From positions 670,833 to 734,832 of the forward strand of contig NW_003314281.1 in NCBI RefSeq assembly GCF_000143415.4: a stretch of 64,000 nt of DNA, given 5' to 3'. The position numbers and the translations under genes are program-made. The notes beneath the pieces are model-generated. The model was not told where the DNA came from, did no database searches, and was given only the letters and a program-made list of their open reading frames with translations. The DNA is from Selaginella moellendorffii (lineage: Eukaryota > Plantae > Lycopodiophyta). Below are positions 24,201 through 36,366 of this stretch, piece by piece; position 1 is the stretch's first letter; each line of letters begins with the position of its first letter.

Positions 24201-27200
24201 CAAAAGATTTCTTATGGTCCACGGTTTAGCGACGATGACACTTGGCCCAGACATTGCGATGGAAAGTACCCTCAGCCCAGCCCACGCAATTTTCAAGCGC
24301 ATCAAAATCCAAGATAGTGAAATTCGTTTACAAGTCGCGAGAGCTTTTTCATTTCATGCGCGGTCAAAGTCTGGGCTGCTGCATGGTGACAAACAAGAAG
24401 AGAAAAAAAAGACGTAGAAAAGAGACATGGAGTTAAACTTCTCCTTTTGCAATTGGTGGTCCATTCAAAAGTTGTGATAGCGAAATGCAAAATCAGTCCT
24501 TGAGCATGAGCTCGCTCGTAGTTTATAGCACACAAGTGTTTCAAATAAAGAAAAGATTGGATGCATGGCTAATATGATATCCCGATATCAAACGTTTCTC
24601 CTCCAAACATTGTATGGCGGCACAAGTTGCCAAGGCCAGCTTTTTACGTTGTTACATTCCAAAGCGACCGCACAAGTTGCGTCTTGTGCCGTGTCTCTTT
24701 TGCAAGTGTTCGTCTCTCCGGTCTCACGGGTCTTTGATACAACAAGAAAAAGGAAAACCAAATTGCTCCATGGTGTGCAACGCAATTATTATATATTCTC
24801 CTCTTCCCAAGATACAAAAGCAGTGTCGCTGAATAGATCATATTTATATGGATTCATATATTCCTTCCATTGCCTTTGTTACGCAGGCGACAAGTATCAA
24901 GAATTATTATGGATCGGGAATATACGGCCAAAAGAACATAGAACAGAATGTGTGGAGAAAGCCATCTTGCTACGTGGGCGTTTGACGTGGCGCGTGACTC
25001 AGCACGTCAGTGAAGCATGCATGCACACGAGGCTCCCGAAATCTACCGAAATGGAATTGCCCAAGGGTGGCGGCCGTTCACTCTTCCGCACGATGCGCGT
25101 AGCCCTGTCTTCCTTGTAGGTATTTGGACGCATAAATGCCAATAGAATTGGCTGCTAGCTACAAAAAACGCAAAGAGGAACATTACAGAAAAGAAAAAAC
25201 ATTATTTTAAAATGTAGAAAATGTATATATTAAAAGATGACAAAAGTTTCTACCTAGTCGAGAACTGAGTACTCGTTTGTCTCATAATGCAGCAAGGCAG
25301 GCCGTCGAATTCAGAGGTTGAAGTAAGTACTGGTTCAGAATATGGCGGTGCTCGTAAATGGTATGATAGGACTCCCATATCTACTACGACTGCTTTTGTA
25401 TACTTTTTTTCTCTCGCTTTTCTCGCGGGCAATTAAGATTGTATTTACCCAGATGCGTCTTCTGGGCACGTATATATATATATATATCCCCTGTTGTATT
25501 TTCATATATCTACTTCTGGGTCGTATCCAATACAAAATGTAATGTAGATTCGACAGCTGCCACCACCCAAAATACTTTAGCACGTAAATCTGCTTCAATT
25601 CAAAGGGAGGCTTTTAGTAATTTGCTGTACTCCTTGTCTCGTGTTGCTGGGCAGTTTGTATACCTCGTCCTAGCGAGCGTCACTTGGCTTTCAAGTACTG
25701 GATTGTCCACCTTGTAAAGGGAGGAATTGGATTGTTTTACGTGGGAATTTGGAGAGGTTGAATCTTGCGTGCTTAGAGGTGTATTATCAAGTTTGGAATT
25801 TCTTGGTCGCTTGCAAGTTGCGAAGTCGGAGCGAAGGAACATAGGCCCCTCCATCTTGACAACCTGTGCAGAGCTGCGATGGATCATATAAATTGTAGAC
25901 ATGCCTCTGTCTGTCTCTCCGGAAAGTTTTGGGTCTTGTCTCTGATTGACAGGTATAGAATTTAAGTGGCTGCTGGGATAGTTTCGGTCGTTGATTGAGA
26001 GAGAAGAAGAAGAAGAAGAAGAAAACTGGTGGTCCAGTGCGAACCTCCTCGTTTGTATATGCATCAAAAAGATGAAGAAGCTGCATGCATTCAATATCAA
26101 CTTTCTCTTGTCAAGGCCAAGCAAAGCAAAGTTGTGGTGCTGGAACATAGGACCACAAGTGTGCTGCCACATTCATCTCCAATTGCCAGGAAGGGAAAAT
26201 CCACGGATCTTTCCATTTGCAGAGTTGCATGGTTTTGCAAAGTGTCTTTAGCTGGCTCGTCAATAGCATGGAAGACGAGATAGATGAGAGAGGAGGGGAC
26301 CTCCCTGGGCAGCACCACCACCACCACCTTGAGAAACCCTAAAGACATGGCAGCAATGATGTTGTTTTCATTCAAAGTGAGTGTCCACTCGTTCTTTCTT
26401 CCATGCAACTTCCTGGGTTGCCTTGCTACTACAAAAGTATTGCACCGACTAAAACCATGGCCTGTCGGTATGATTGTCATTGTTCCAACTGTATGCGCTG
26501 CAAAAATGCATAAACAAGCCAGCATCTGGCTTTTTGTTCTTTTTAATTTTGTCACTCTCTGGTTGCTTTAATAGAATTTAAGAGGAATATCAATCAAATG
26601 CTTGTATTTTGACCGTGATGCGGTGATAATGACACGAGTTTAGTGTCAACATACGTTGTTTAAGCCACCCAAGGCTATCGTGAGCAGGTTGACAATCTCC
26701 TACGTACATACAACTTTCAAAAAATTTAAGAACCCTGTTCATAATATGGTTTAGAGCTGTGGTGTCGACACAGATGCCAACACCAAGAGTTTGCAACTAA
26801 ATGTATAGTTGATGGAGAGATGAAATATCTCAGATTTGAGATATTATTTATCTAGAGACCCGCTAATTTGGTTTGTTTGTACGCGAAAGAATATTATGGT
26901 GGCTGTGGGTTTGATATTGGAAAATCGACCCTACATTAGCTTGACCTTTGGTTGAAATCCCACACATTGACTTTTTGACCACAGTGCAAAAACTTTTTTT
27001 ATATAAAGAGCAAAGTAGAGTGTCGGTGAAAGTCATACCAGTCCACTCCACGAGTGGTAGAACCTGATAGTAAAAAAACAAAACCTCTCCATTGAACAAA
27101 AGTCATTCCATGTGGAATCCAGCCATCAAAGGTCCAGAGGTGATTCCTTTTTAATTTATAAATTATATTATTTACAAATATTGCCAAAATCAAGCTTTTT

Positions 27201-28472
27201 AATAAAAACTCGATCTTTTGTTATATATAACCAAAGCTGTCAACATTCTCTCCTCTTCCATTCCGCCTGCCACAAGTGTTCTTGCAAAAGATTCTGGACC
27301 ACACTGTTGTGTCCCTCTGGGCTGGCATGCTAACAAAAGGCAAAATAAAAATGAGAAAAACAAAGCTTTGGGCATTCAATCAAACACGATTATAAACCAA
27401 AACCACACCTTTATATTTCTATTTCTTCTGCGTACCATGGTTGTGGGGTCCGTTTATACTGCTTTGCTTAAGAAGGAACTTCCCTCTTTCTCTGTTGGGT
27501 GTATAGTGGTCGGTCGCATCTCATGATAAAAATTCTCCTAGGCTGGGCTTCTTTCCTCACAAATTTTATATACATGTGTGCGTGAGGAGACGAGGTTGAT
27601 ATTCTCCTTGCGAAGAAAAGTATATGGCATCTCCAGTTGAATGGCCTCTCAAGCCAAGTAAGAGATAAGTTCTTAAGGGTATGGTCACTTCCCCAGCAAA
27701 AGAACCACCGAGAAAAAGCAAAGCATGTTTTAAGCCTCGCGCTTAAAGGGGTTAAAGTGCTGCGGCGAGGGAATTTCACGCTGGGTGATTTCACACGGGT
27801 GCTCGCCACACGGAATATCCGCTTACCTGACGGCGGAGATCGTCTCCGCTTTGATATATATACACTCGTGCATATGTTGCTGTTCTTCCAGTTCTTTGCC
27901 TTGTTTTCTCGTTGTTTCTCCTGAGCGCGCGGCCCGCGATCTACTGCAAAAGCGAAAGCGAGCGAGGGAAGTGAGTGAGAGAGCCTGGCGAGGAAAGGAG
28001 AGAAGGAAAACGTCTTCCTGTGAAGGAGGAAGGAACGAAAGGAAATGCGCCTGTGTTACTTACCTCTATTGTCTCCGGGAGAGCTTTGATAAGATCATCA
28101 TCATCACCCAGCGCAGAAAGCCTAGCTAGATAGCTGGTTTCCCCGAGATCGTGTGTCACAAGGCAACTTATTGACCAGGCCGAGTTCTTGGAGCGGGTGT
28201 CCAGGTGTACCAGGGCGCACAAACTCCTGTGTAGAACATAACAAGCCTGCCGTCATTTCTAGATGATCCGTATAGAGACAACTTACTTCCCCCATTGCTG
28301 ACTCGTCCACCATTCTTCTCAGCTTCTCGATCTTGTGTATGGATCACCACCACTACTGTTGATGCTCTTCTCGCGGCTCAATCACCACCAGCGACGTCGG
28401 TCGTCTAGATCCTGCGAATTCTAGTTCACTGCTTTCACGTCCAGTGAAGCATCATCATTCATACTCGTTCCC

Positions 28473-30538
28473 ATGGAGATTTCCAATGCGGCAGCAGCAC
28501 CAGCGCTCTTGCTCCCTGACTTGTCTTTGCAGATTAGTCCGCCGTGTTCCACAAGCAAAGCAGCACCGAGCCCAGCGGCTTCCAGTGGCCTCACGGACCA
28601 CCAGCTCTGGACCACCACCAGACCTTTGTCTTCCTCCTCCGGAACTGTAGAGCTCAGCAAGAGTAGTCCACCGAGGAGCAGCATCAACAGTGCAGCTAGC
28701 AGCAGCCTCGCCAGTGACAACTCCTCCAGCAATTCTTCCGGGGGAGAGACTTCCATCCAGCTATCGTTGGGAAGTCGCTACTTCAACGCCTTGGGAGGAG
28801 CTGACAAGAATAGACCAGTAGGGGCCGATGACGCCGAAAGGAAGCCTTCCAAGGTGCCGCTTTTCGGAGAAGATCGCTCGTTTTCCAGCCGCCTCGACTC
28901 GACGGACTCCAAGGCCGAGCAGCACAAGGCGAGCTTTGTCCAGTTTTCTTCGTCTTGTTCAACAAGCCACCACCATCGGCAGCAGCAGCTGCAGCAAGTG
29001 CTCCAAAGATACTCGTCCCCGGCAATGATGAACTTGTATCAGAGCGGCTTCTCCAGCGTCAGGATGAGCAATGGTGCGGTGGCGCCGCCGCCGCCGACGA
29101 CGACGACGACGACGAGAGATGGCAGCTTGAGTGCCTTGTTTGATGCAAGCTCTTCCTCTTGCGGTAGCAGCGTCCCGACCCCTTTGATTGCTGGCAATGC
29201 AGCGACTTCCAGCCTCCGATCCAGATATATCTCCAAGTTTCCAGTCAAAAGGAATGTCCGAGCTCCCCGGATGCGATGGACGAGCACCCTCCATGCGCAT
29301 TTCGTTCACGCGGTGGAGCTTCTCGGGGGACATGAGAGTAAGTTTTCAGTTTCGATCGATTGCCGGTCACTTTTGTTATTTGTCCGAGTTTCCTGGTCTC
29401 AATTCTGGAGTCTAGTCATTCACTGCCTGGGTGATGTAAAAAGCTCACGTCTTGTTTGTCTATCCTGCAGGAGCAACTCCCAAATCAGTCTTGGAGCTTA
29501 TGAACGTCAAAGATCTCACCTTGGCACACGTCAAGAGCCATCTACAGGTGAGTCGCTCCCCCTTTCCTCACGGCACTGTGCGTGGTTGGATCATCACAGC
29601 TACCAGTTGAAATTTCCACCTCGAAATCCATGTAGAAAACTCCGAACTTGGCTCGTTCCTCCTCCTGAGCTCTTGAATTTGTTTGACAGCTCCATCCAAG
29701 AACACCGACTGTAGTCTCGATTTCATGTCACGTAGTAGCTATCGTTTCTTGTCTTGCTGAGACTATCCCACTGCATATCCCGCCCCATGTGAAGCATTAC
29801 TGTCCTACAGTGAAAAGCCATATGCTGATTAGTTTACGAAATCCCGGAATGCAGATGTACCGCACGGTGAAGACCACTGATAAATCAGCTTCCACGGGTG
29901 AGTAGTCCGCCAATCCTCCAGAAAGAGAAGAAGCGAAGCCCTCGAAAGAAAATATGTAGAAGCCTCCAGATTGTTTGCTGCAGTCTGTCTCACTGTGTCT
30001 TTCCATGTCTCTCAGATCATGTGTCGTCCGTGGAGATGAGAAAGATGGATGATCCCAAGCTCATGCAGTGGAAGCCCGAGGCTGTCCAACCCAGATACAG
30101 TGACGAGCCGGCTCTTCAAAGTCGATGTCCAAGGTAAAAAGCCGTCTTTTGAGCTCGCAAGTGACCGAGAAACATACTGATGCCGCTTTGCTGCTCACAG
30201 ATCGCAGGAAGTCGTACCGCGGCCGAGCTTCAGCGATGGTCTGTGGCAGCAACATATGAAGCAGACGTCTCATGTACGTTGTTGCTGTCTCTTCGGGCTT
30301 AACATCTTTTTGATGACGGCTTCACTTTTCTCTTTCTCAGGGTGCGATGAAGATTGAGGACGGCCTCCAGCAGCGACAGTTTAGTGCAACGACGCTTTCC
30401 CAGCTCATGTCCTCTCGCATGAGCCACATGATTCCCAAGGTCCCCAGCCTGGAGTTCACACTTGGAAGGCCCGGGTACCACTTGGCAGAGCATTCGGAAG
30501 CTCCGCCACCACAAGAACTGCTGCTGCTAAGGTGCTAG
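28473..30538 (+). CDS. KAN: KANADI-family GARP transcription factor; spliced
   Basis: [36 protein letters not shown]|[26 protein letters not shown]|[10 protein letters not shown]-terminal [10 protein letters not shown]. Confidence 0.93.
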
Positions 30539-31119
30539 CTCTCCAGAATTTTCTTGAACTTTTCCCCCCTTTTTCTTGTTTTGTTTTCGCCGGCACCGAT
30601 TCTGTAACTCGCTCGACAGCTCCTGTACAAAAGCGGATATTCTTTGATTAGCAAAGAAAAAAGCAAGAGGCTCTGCTAAGTAGATGTTAAGCTTAAGTCC
30701 CAGTTAATGTATTTTCACCTTTTTTTTGGCTTGCGAGTGTCGATTGCCACCGATAAATCTCTCTGCGGGACAGAGGAGCAATACAAACGCTAGCTCCAAG
30801 ATAGCATTGTCTCCTGTAAACCAAACCACGCTGGGCTCACAGCAATCGATAAAGCCATATCAAGCAAGATATCTGATTCATGATAAGACTAAAACAAGAT
30901 ACAAAACTCATGGTTATGGCTAACATACCCCGTCAACGTGGTGGCATGATCACTCGCAACACCTAAAGCACGCAAGAGCTCTGTACAGTTCACTCATTAG
31001 ACGCTCATTGTGAAAAGCCAGAGAATGAAACCAGAAAGAGGCAAACAAACGAAAGAAGAAAAAAAAAAGAACGATAAAGTACAAGCAAGCCACTTACCGG
31101 TGAGACCTTGCAAATATCT

Positions 31120-33055
31120 TTATCGTGCTGCCGCTGCTCTCGCACTCAGAGAGGTATGGTAGTTTGTCCTCCGCTGCTTCCTGTACGACGTGTAGACATC
31201 ATCATACTGCGTGGCCTCGTTTGGATCCGCGGCTGCCCCGAGTCCCAACCTTCCGGTGGATGTCATTCCCGGTCTGTGTTCCAGACTTCCATCCGGCAAA
31301 GTTCCTGTCTGTGGATCGACTTGTTGCATCTGAGGCGGTGGAGGAATTCGAGCACCACCGCTGCCTGCTCCCTCGTCGTCTGAGTCCCCTGACGGCTTAT
31401 ACTTCCCGGCTAGAGGATCAGGCTCTCCGATCTCCTTGAAAAACTTCGAAACTCGGTCCATGATGTGTGACTCCGACGTCGCGGATGACGGTATGATAGT
31501 CGGGATGTCCAGCGGGCTGAGAGGGGAGTATGGAACGCCGCTTCCGATTTGCATCTTCCGGACCATGCCTGGAATTAGTCCCGGTGGAAAAAACGGATAC
31601 GGAGCTTGCTCTGCCCGGCCTGCTGGCTGTTGCGTCTGTGTACTTGGAGCTTGTGCAGCAAGAAACGGAGCCAAGGCTGGAAAGAGCGAAGCAACTGAAG
31701 GGCTTTGTGGAGGAGCTGGAAAGCTGGCAGCACTCGACTGTAGCTGATGATCCTCATCCCTCTCTGGTTCTGGCGGCGGCAATGTTTTCTCTCCGTATCG
31801 TCCACCAGCTGCTGCAAGTATCGAAGATACATTTTAGCTCCACGAAAACGAAAAACCAGCAAACTTACTTGAGTCAAATCTCATCTCTTTGTCGAGAGAA
31901 TAAACAGTATCTGGATCGTAAACCTCCTTGGTACGCCAAAACTGTAGCATCTTCTCCACCTGTTCGCGTTCGGCGTCATTCACCCGAGGATTTTGGTAGA
32001 TTGCCACCAGGATGGAGCTTAAAACAGGACGAAAAGCCAGTGCTACGCCGTCGAGCTCTTTGGTGTTGAGTCGAGACTGCAAGCTGTGAGAAAAGAATCG
32101 CGATTATCAACCAAAAGAAGAAAAGGAGAGAACAAAAAAAGAGAGCTTTGTACCTGCTGAAGAGAATGTCGTTGACAAGGTACAAGATGTTCATCTGGCT
32201 GTCAACGTTACCATCGGATTTAGTCACTCTGTCTCGAAGAACTTCCACCAGCGTGGGAGCAAAAGTCGACCTTTGCACAAACCAGTTCCTAGCGTTCTTG
32301 ATAGCCTCTTTAGTCCCGGACAAGTTATCCAGCAAACCATGCAACTCCGCCACCATCTCCGAGCTGATGATCTGCGTAGCAGCAGTAGCCAATGCTGGAT
32401 CGAAAAACTGCTGCTGGGGGTGATGCATGACCGGGGGAGCAGAAGCGGCGGCGGCCAGATCAAAAAACGCTGGGAAGGAACTCGCAGCCGCCGCCGCTGA
32501 TGGTGGTGGCGGAGGTGGCGGAGGCGGCGGAGTGATCCCAGCAGGAACTCCTATAGCCTGGTTCACCATGTTGAGAGCTGGATTGAAAGCCACGAGGTGG
32601 GGGTTGATCGTGATCCAGAGCTTGTACTGGTAGTAGCTATGGCCATCGGCTCCAAACAAGAACGCGTAGTCTGGATTCTCCTTTTGCTTCTCTTTCATCA
32701 GTGCCTCAAAGCCGGGACCGTTCTTGACATAGAACTCCACAAGCTTGTCGATGCGCTTGTGGAGCTCGGAGTCCTGCGGTGGAGGAACGGGCGTTGGCGG
32801 CATCTCCCAGGGATTGAAGAAGCTGTTGTGAGCGATCGGAGGAGGAGGAGGCGGAGGAGGAGGAGGCGCCGCCGCGGCGGTGGCAATGTAGGGAGGAAAC
32901 GGTTGCTGCGAGACGTACCCGTATTGGAAATGCGGTGGCGCTGGAAGCGATCTAAACGGCTGCTGCGCTGCGACTGGGGATTGCTGCGGCGGTGCCACGA
33001 ATTGCTGCTGCTGCTGTGGCGCCATCCCCGCGCCTCCAAAGAACTGGCCTTCCAT
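31120..33055 (-). CDS. SURP (SWAP) plus CID domain RNA-processing protein, CHERP-like; spliced
   Basis: [43 protein letters not shown]-terminal [11 protein letters not shown]. Confidence 0.88.
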
Positions 33056-33108
33056 CGCGAGGGAGAAATTAGGGTTCTTGATTTTAGGGCTCTTGGCTAG
33101 GATGATTG

Positions 33109-35052
33109 ATGAGCAATGGCTCCTCGACGATCGCCGCGCTGCTCCGGGAATGTGGGAGTTCACGCGATCTAGCTCGTGGCAGGCAGCTCCACAGCCAGAT
33201 TCTCAGCGCTGGCTACCGCTCGACGGTACTGGAGAATTCGCTCGTGAGGATGTATGGAGATTGCGGGAGCCTGGACGAGGCAGTGGATGCGTTCTCCAGG
33301 ATTTCTTCACGCAATGTCTTCTCCTGGAACATCCTTCTCTCGGCATTTGCGCAGCGAGGGCATCTGGATCTCGCGAGGGCGGTGCTGGAGATCTTCCCCG
33401 AATTTGACACGGTGAGCCACAATATCTTACTCGCTGCTTATGCTCGATCCTGCGCTATACCAGCGGCGAGAGATCTCTTCCAGCGAATGCCCGACAGAGA
33501 TCTTGTATCGTGGAACACTCTTCTCGCAGGCCTTGCCTCGAATGGCTACTACATTGACGCGAAGAACACGTTTGATACAATGCCGCGGAGAAACCTTCTC
33601 TCCTGGAACTCCATGCTCGCTACTGGCGATGGAGAGCAGCAACAGCTAGAAGATCTGGAAGAGCTCTTCGAAAAACTTCCACAGCGATGTATTGTCTCGT
33701 GGACGGAGATGGTGAGCGCTTATGCCCAGCACGGGCACTTCCAGAGTTCGTGGAGCTTGTTCTTGGCGATGCCCGAGCGTAGCATCGTGTCTCTCAACTC
33801 GGCCATGCAAGCCTTCGACCGCGAAGAAACCGTGGCGACCATTTTCGAGAAGATGCCCGAGAGGAACTTGGTCTCTTTCAATCTGAGGCTCGGTGCCACT
33901 GCAGACGGTGTCCAAGCGATGGAGCTACTCGATTTCATGCCCGAGAGGAACATCGCGTCCTGGACGTCGGTTCTAGCGGTCTTCTCCAAGAACAGTGACC
34001 ACCTCCAAACTTTAGAGCCTGCCGAGCGGATCTTCTCCAGAATGCCGCAGTGGGATGGCTTGTCGTGCAATGCCATGGCTCGTCTCTACTCGGAAGCTGA
34101 CGACTTGCCCTCCACCGCTAAGATCTTTCACACCAATCTACGAAGGGACGCGGTTTCCTGGAACACTTTGATCACGAGTTACGGCCGAAGAGGTGATGTC
34201 ACGAGTGCCAGAGAAGTTTTCCACCGGATGCCTCTTCACACACTGGCTTGCTCCACGGCGATGCTGGTGGCCATTTCTCGAAGTGGTGACGATAGCTCTG
34301 CTCGGGACTGGTTCGAGAGCATGCCTTTCCACGACATCGTTTCCTGGAACGCTATGATCTTCGCTGCAGCTGGAAAGAAGGAAAGTTTCGTGCTGTTTAG
34401 AAGAATGCAGCTAGAAGGAACCAGACCAACTTACGTGACTTACGCCACCATGATAGATTCCTGTGCCGAAGCCGCGGCTCTCGGAGATGGACGGGCGATC
34501 CACGAAAGGATACTCCAGCTCGGGTACTTTCCGGGAATTCTTGTCATCGGTAACTCACTGATCAACTTCTACAGTAGCTGTGGAGCAGTCGAGGAAGCAC
34601 TTGATGTGTTCCAAAGCATGCGGAGAAGAGACTTGATAACTTGGAGCACCATAGTGTCTGGATACGCTTGGAACGGGCTCGGCGAGAGATCGGCTCAACT
34701 CTTCCAGTTTATGTTGCTCGAAGGCTTGGATCCAAGCTCGGTCACTCTAGTGAACGTTCTCACTTCGTGCAGCCATGGAGGTCTGTTGGACTTTGGAAGA
34801 CGCTTGTTCGTGTTCGTGACCGCAGAAGTACCTGGATTTCCTGTCTGCCGAGAGCACTATGACTGCCTGGTCGATCTTCTCGGTCGATCTGGAAGGCTGG
34901 AGGAGGCTCTGGAGTTGATGGAGAGCATGCCATTCGAGCCTACTGCGCTGGGACGGATGAGCTTTGCTGCTTCGTGCAGGAAACAACACTTGGAAGGTGA
35001 TTTGAATTTACTCTACGAAGACACTAACTACATGGCTCTAAAGGGTGCCTAG
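33109..35052 (+). CDS. PLS-class PPR protein with truncated E region, no DYW
   Basis: Single ORF of PPR repeats ending HYDCLVDLLGRSGRLEEA...MPFEP. Confidence 0.9.
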   Translation: MSNGSSTIAALLRECGSSRDLARGRQLHSQILSAGYRSTVLENSLVRMYGDCGSLDEAVDAFSRISSRNVFSWNILLSAFAQRGHLDLARAVLEIFPEFDTVSHNILLAAYARSCAIPAARDLFQRMPDRDLVSWNTLLAGLASNGYYIDAKNTFDTMPRRNLLSWNSMLATGDGEQQQLEDLEELFEKLPQRCIVSWTEMVSAYAQHGHFQSSWSLFLAMPERSIVSLNSAMQAFDREETVATIFEKMPERNLVSFNLRLGATADGVQAMELLDFMPERNIASWTSVLAVFSKNSDHLQTLEPAERIFSRMPQWDGLSCNAMARLYSEADDLPSTAKIFHTNLRRDAVSWNTLITSYGRRGDVTSAREVFHRMPLHTLACSTAMLVAISRSGDDSSARDWFESMPFHDIVSWNAMIFAAAGKKESFVLFRRMQLEGTRPTYVTYATMIDSCAEAAALGDGRAIHERILQLGYFPGILVIGNSLINFYSSCGAVEEALDVFQSMRRRDLITWSTIVSGYAWNGLGERSAQLFQFMLLEGLDPSSVTLVNVLTSCSHGGLLDFGRRLFVFVTAEVPGFPVCREHYDCLVDLLGRSGRLEEALELMESMPFEPTALGRMSFAASCRKQHLEGDLNLLYEDTNYMALKGA

Positions 35053-36298
35053 AGTTGCAAGGACTGGATTGCTACCTTTGCTGCGACGGATGATCGGCTG
35101 TGCTGCGCATACTCCATGGACGAGGTTAATCTTTCAAGCGTATCCGTGGAATCCATGGCGACGAGCCTCCGTTCCAGCAGCTGCCTCAACTCGCCAGCAT
35201 TTGCACCTGAAGAGAACCACAAAGTTAGAACCCGTGCAAGACCAGGCTACTATACCACTAATTGGTTGCAAAGCTGCGAAAGATAGCCGTTCTTCACGAT
35301 TTGGAACGAAATAGCTGAGGTTCTCACCGAAGTTGGCCCTCTCAGCCCACTCCAATGCTCTTTGCAACGGAGTTTGCAAGAGCTCATCTTTGGAAGTCTG
35401 CAAAAGAAATGCCTCTAGACTCGAAGCACAGAGAAGAAGAGCACAGCTTACCTTGAGCTTGATTTGGAGCTGCTGGACGTCAGACAATGTTTTCTTCAAG
35501 CTCTCAACCGAGGATTGTATCCGGTCTGCGTCCTTCGGCGTCTCATCTTTCACGGGAACGACGACACCCTTGAGAAATGGTTCCATCTGCAAGCTGGAAA
35601 ATAGACCAATCGGTCGAATGAGGATCACAGTCGAAAAATCTACCTGGGACAAAGAGATCAGCCTCACTCGTCCAATTCCCCGTATCGTGACTAGAGCTCC
35701 AACTTCCAAGCGCTTCACCTGTGTGTTCAAACGATGAAAGACTTAGTAGCTACAGTGTCGGCAACTTACGTGCAGGATGTGGCTCAAGCAACCATATCTA
35801 AAAGCATACTCGTTCGCTGATCGTCCAGTTCTCTCAATCACAACATGGACGAAAAGATTGTGGCACTTTCGCAAAGCCTGCAAGGAAATAGAACAGTGAA
35901 CGAAACAATCGCGAGAAGAGAACGATTTTACCTCTTCCAGAAGTGCTAGAAATCTCGCCTCGTACAAATGCAAAGTCTTTGTAGACGAAGGAACCAAAAC
36001 CTGGAAAGAAAACCGTGAGTTCTCGATTGAGACTCACTTAGAGAGCATACCTCCGCGGCCTTGAAAGGAAGGCACGGGAGTTCCACAGCAGCTGCCTCTG
36101 GAAGCTCAAGAAGCTCTGGTAAGAAGAGAAGTGGCAAAATATTTCTTCACACTCACCATCGATTGCCGCTTCTGCGCAGCACTGAATCGAGCGCGACAGC
36201 ATTGGCGGCCGCATTCTAGATCTGAGGCCACTCGAAGCTCCAAACGCGCACCACGGCACGTTTCCAGGGAAGAATCCACACGAGACAGCCATAGCCAA
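35049..36298 (-). CDS. LON substrate-binding-domain protein, probably plastid-targeted; spliced
   Basis: Transit-like N-terminus, VELPCLPF, KTLHLYEARFLALLE, GALVTIRGIGRV, last exon ending AAKVAIQSLQL-stop. Confidence 0.85.
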
Positions 36299-36366
36299 AA
36301 TCTAGCACAGCTTAAATCGCCAAGAACCCTAAGAAAAACTTAAAGATTGCTAGGGTTTTTGGAGGG

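Noticed and set aside
24081-24284. TGGGCTGGGCTG...CAGCCCAGCCCA inverted repeat as a miRNA precursor
   Set aside because: Pairing is short and discontinuous, with no ~21-nt duplex.
23100-28400. Many 60-190 aa ORFs upstream of KANADI
   Set aside because: Low-complexity, mostly non-ATG starts, with no domain motifs or codon bias.
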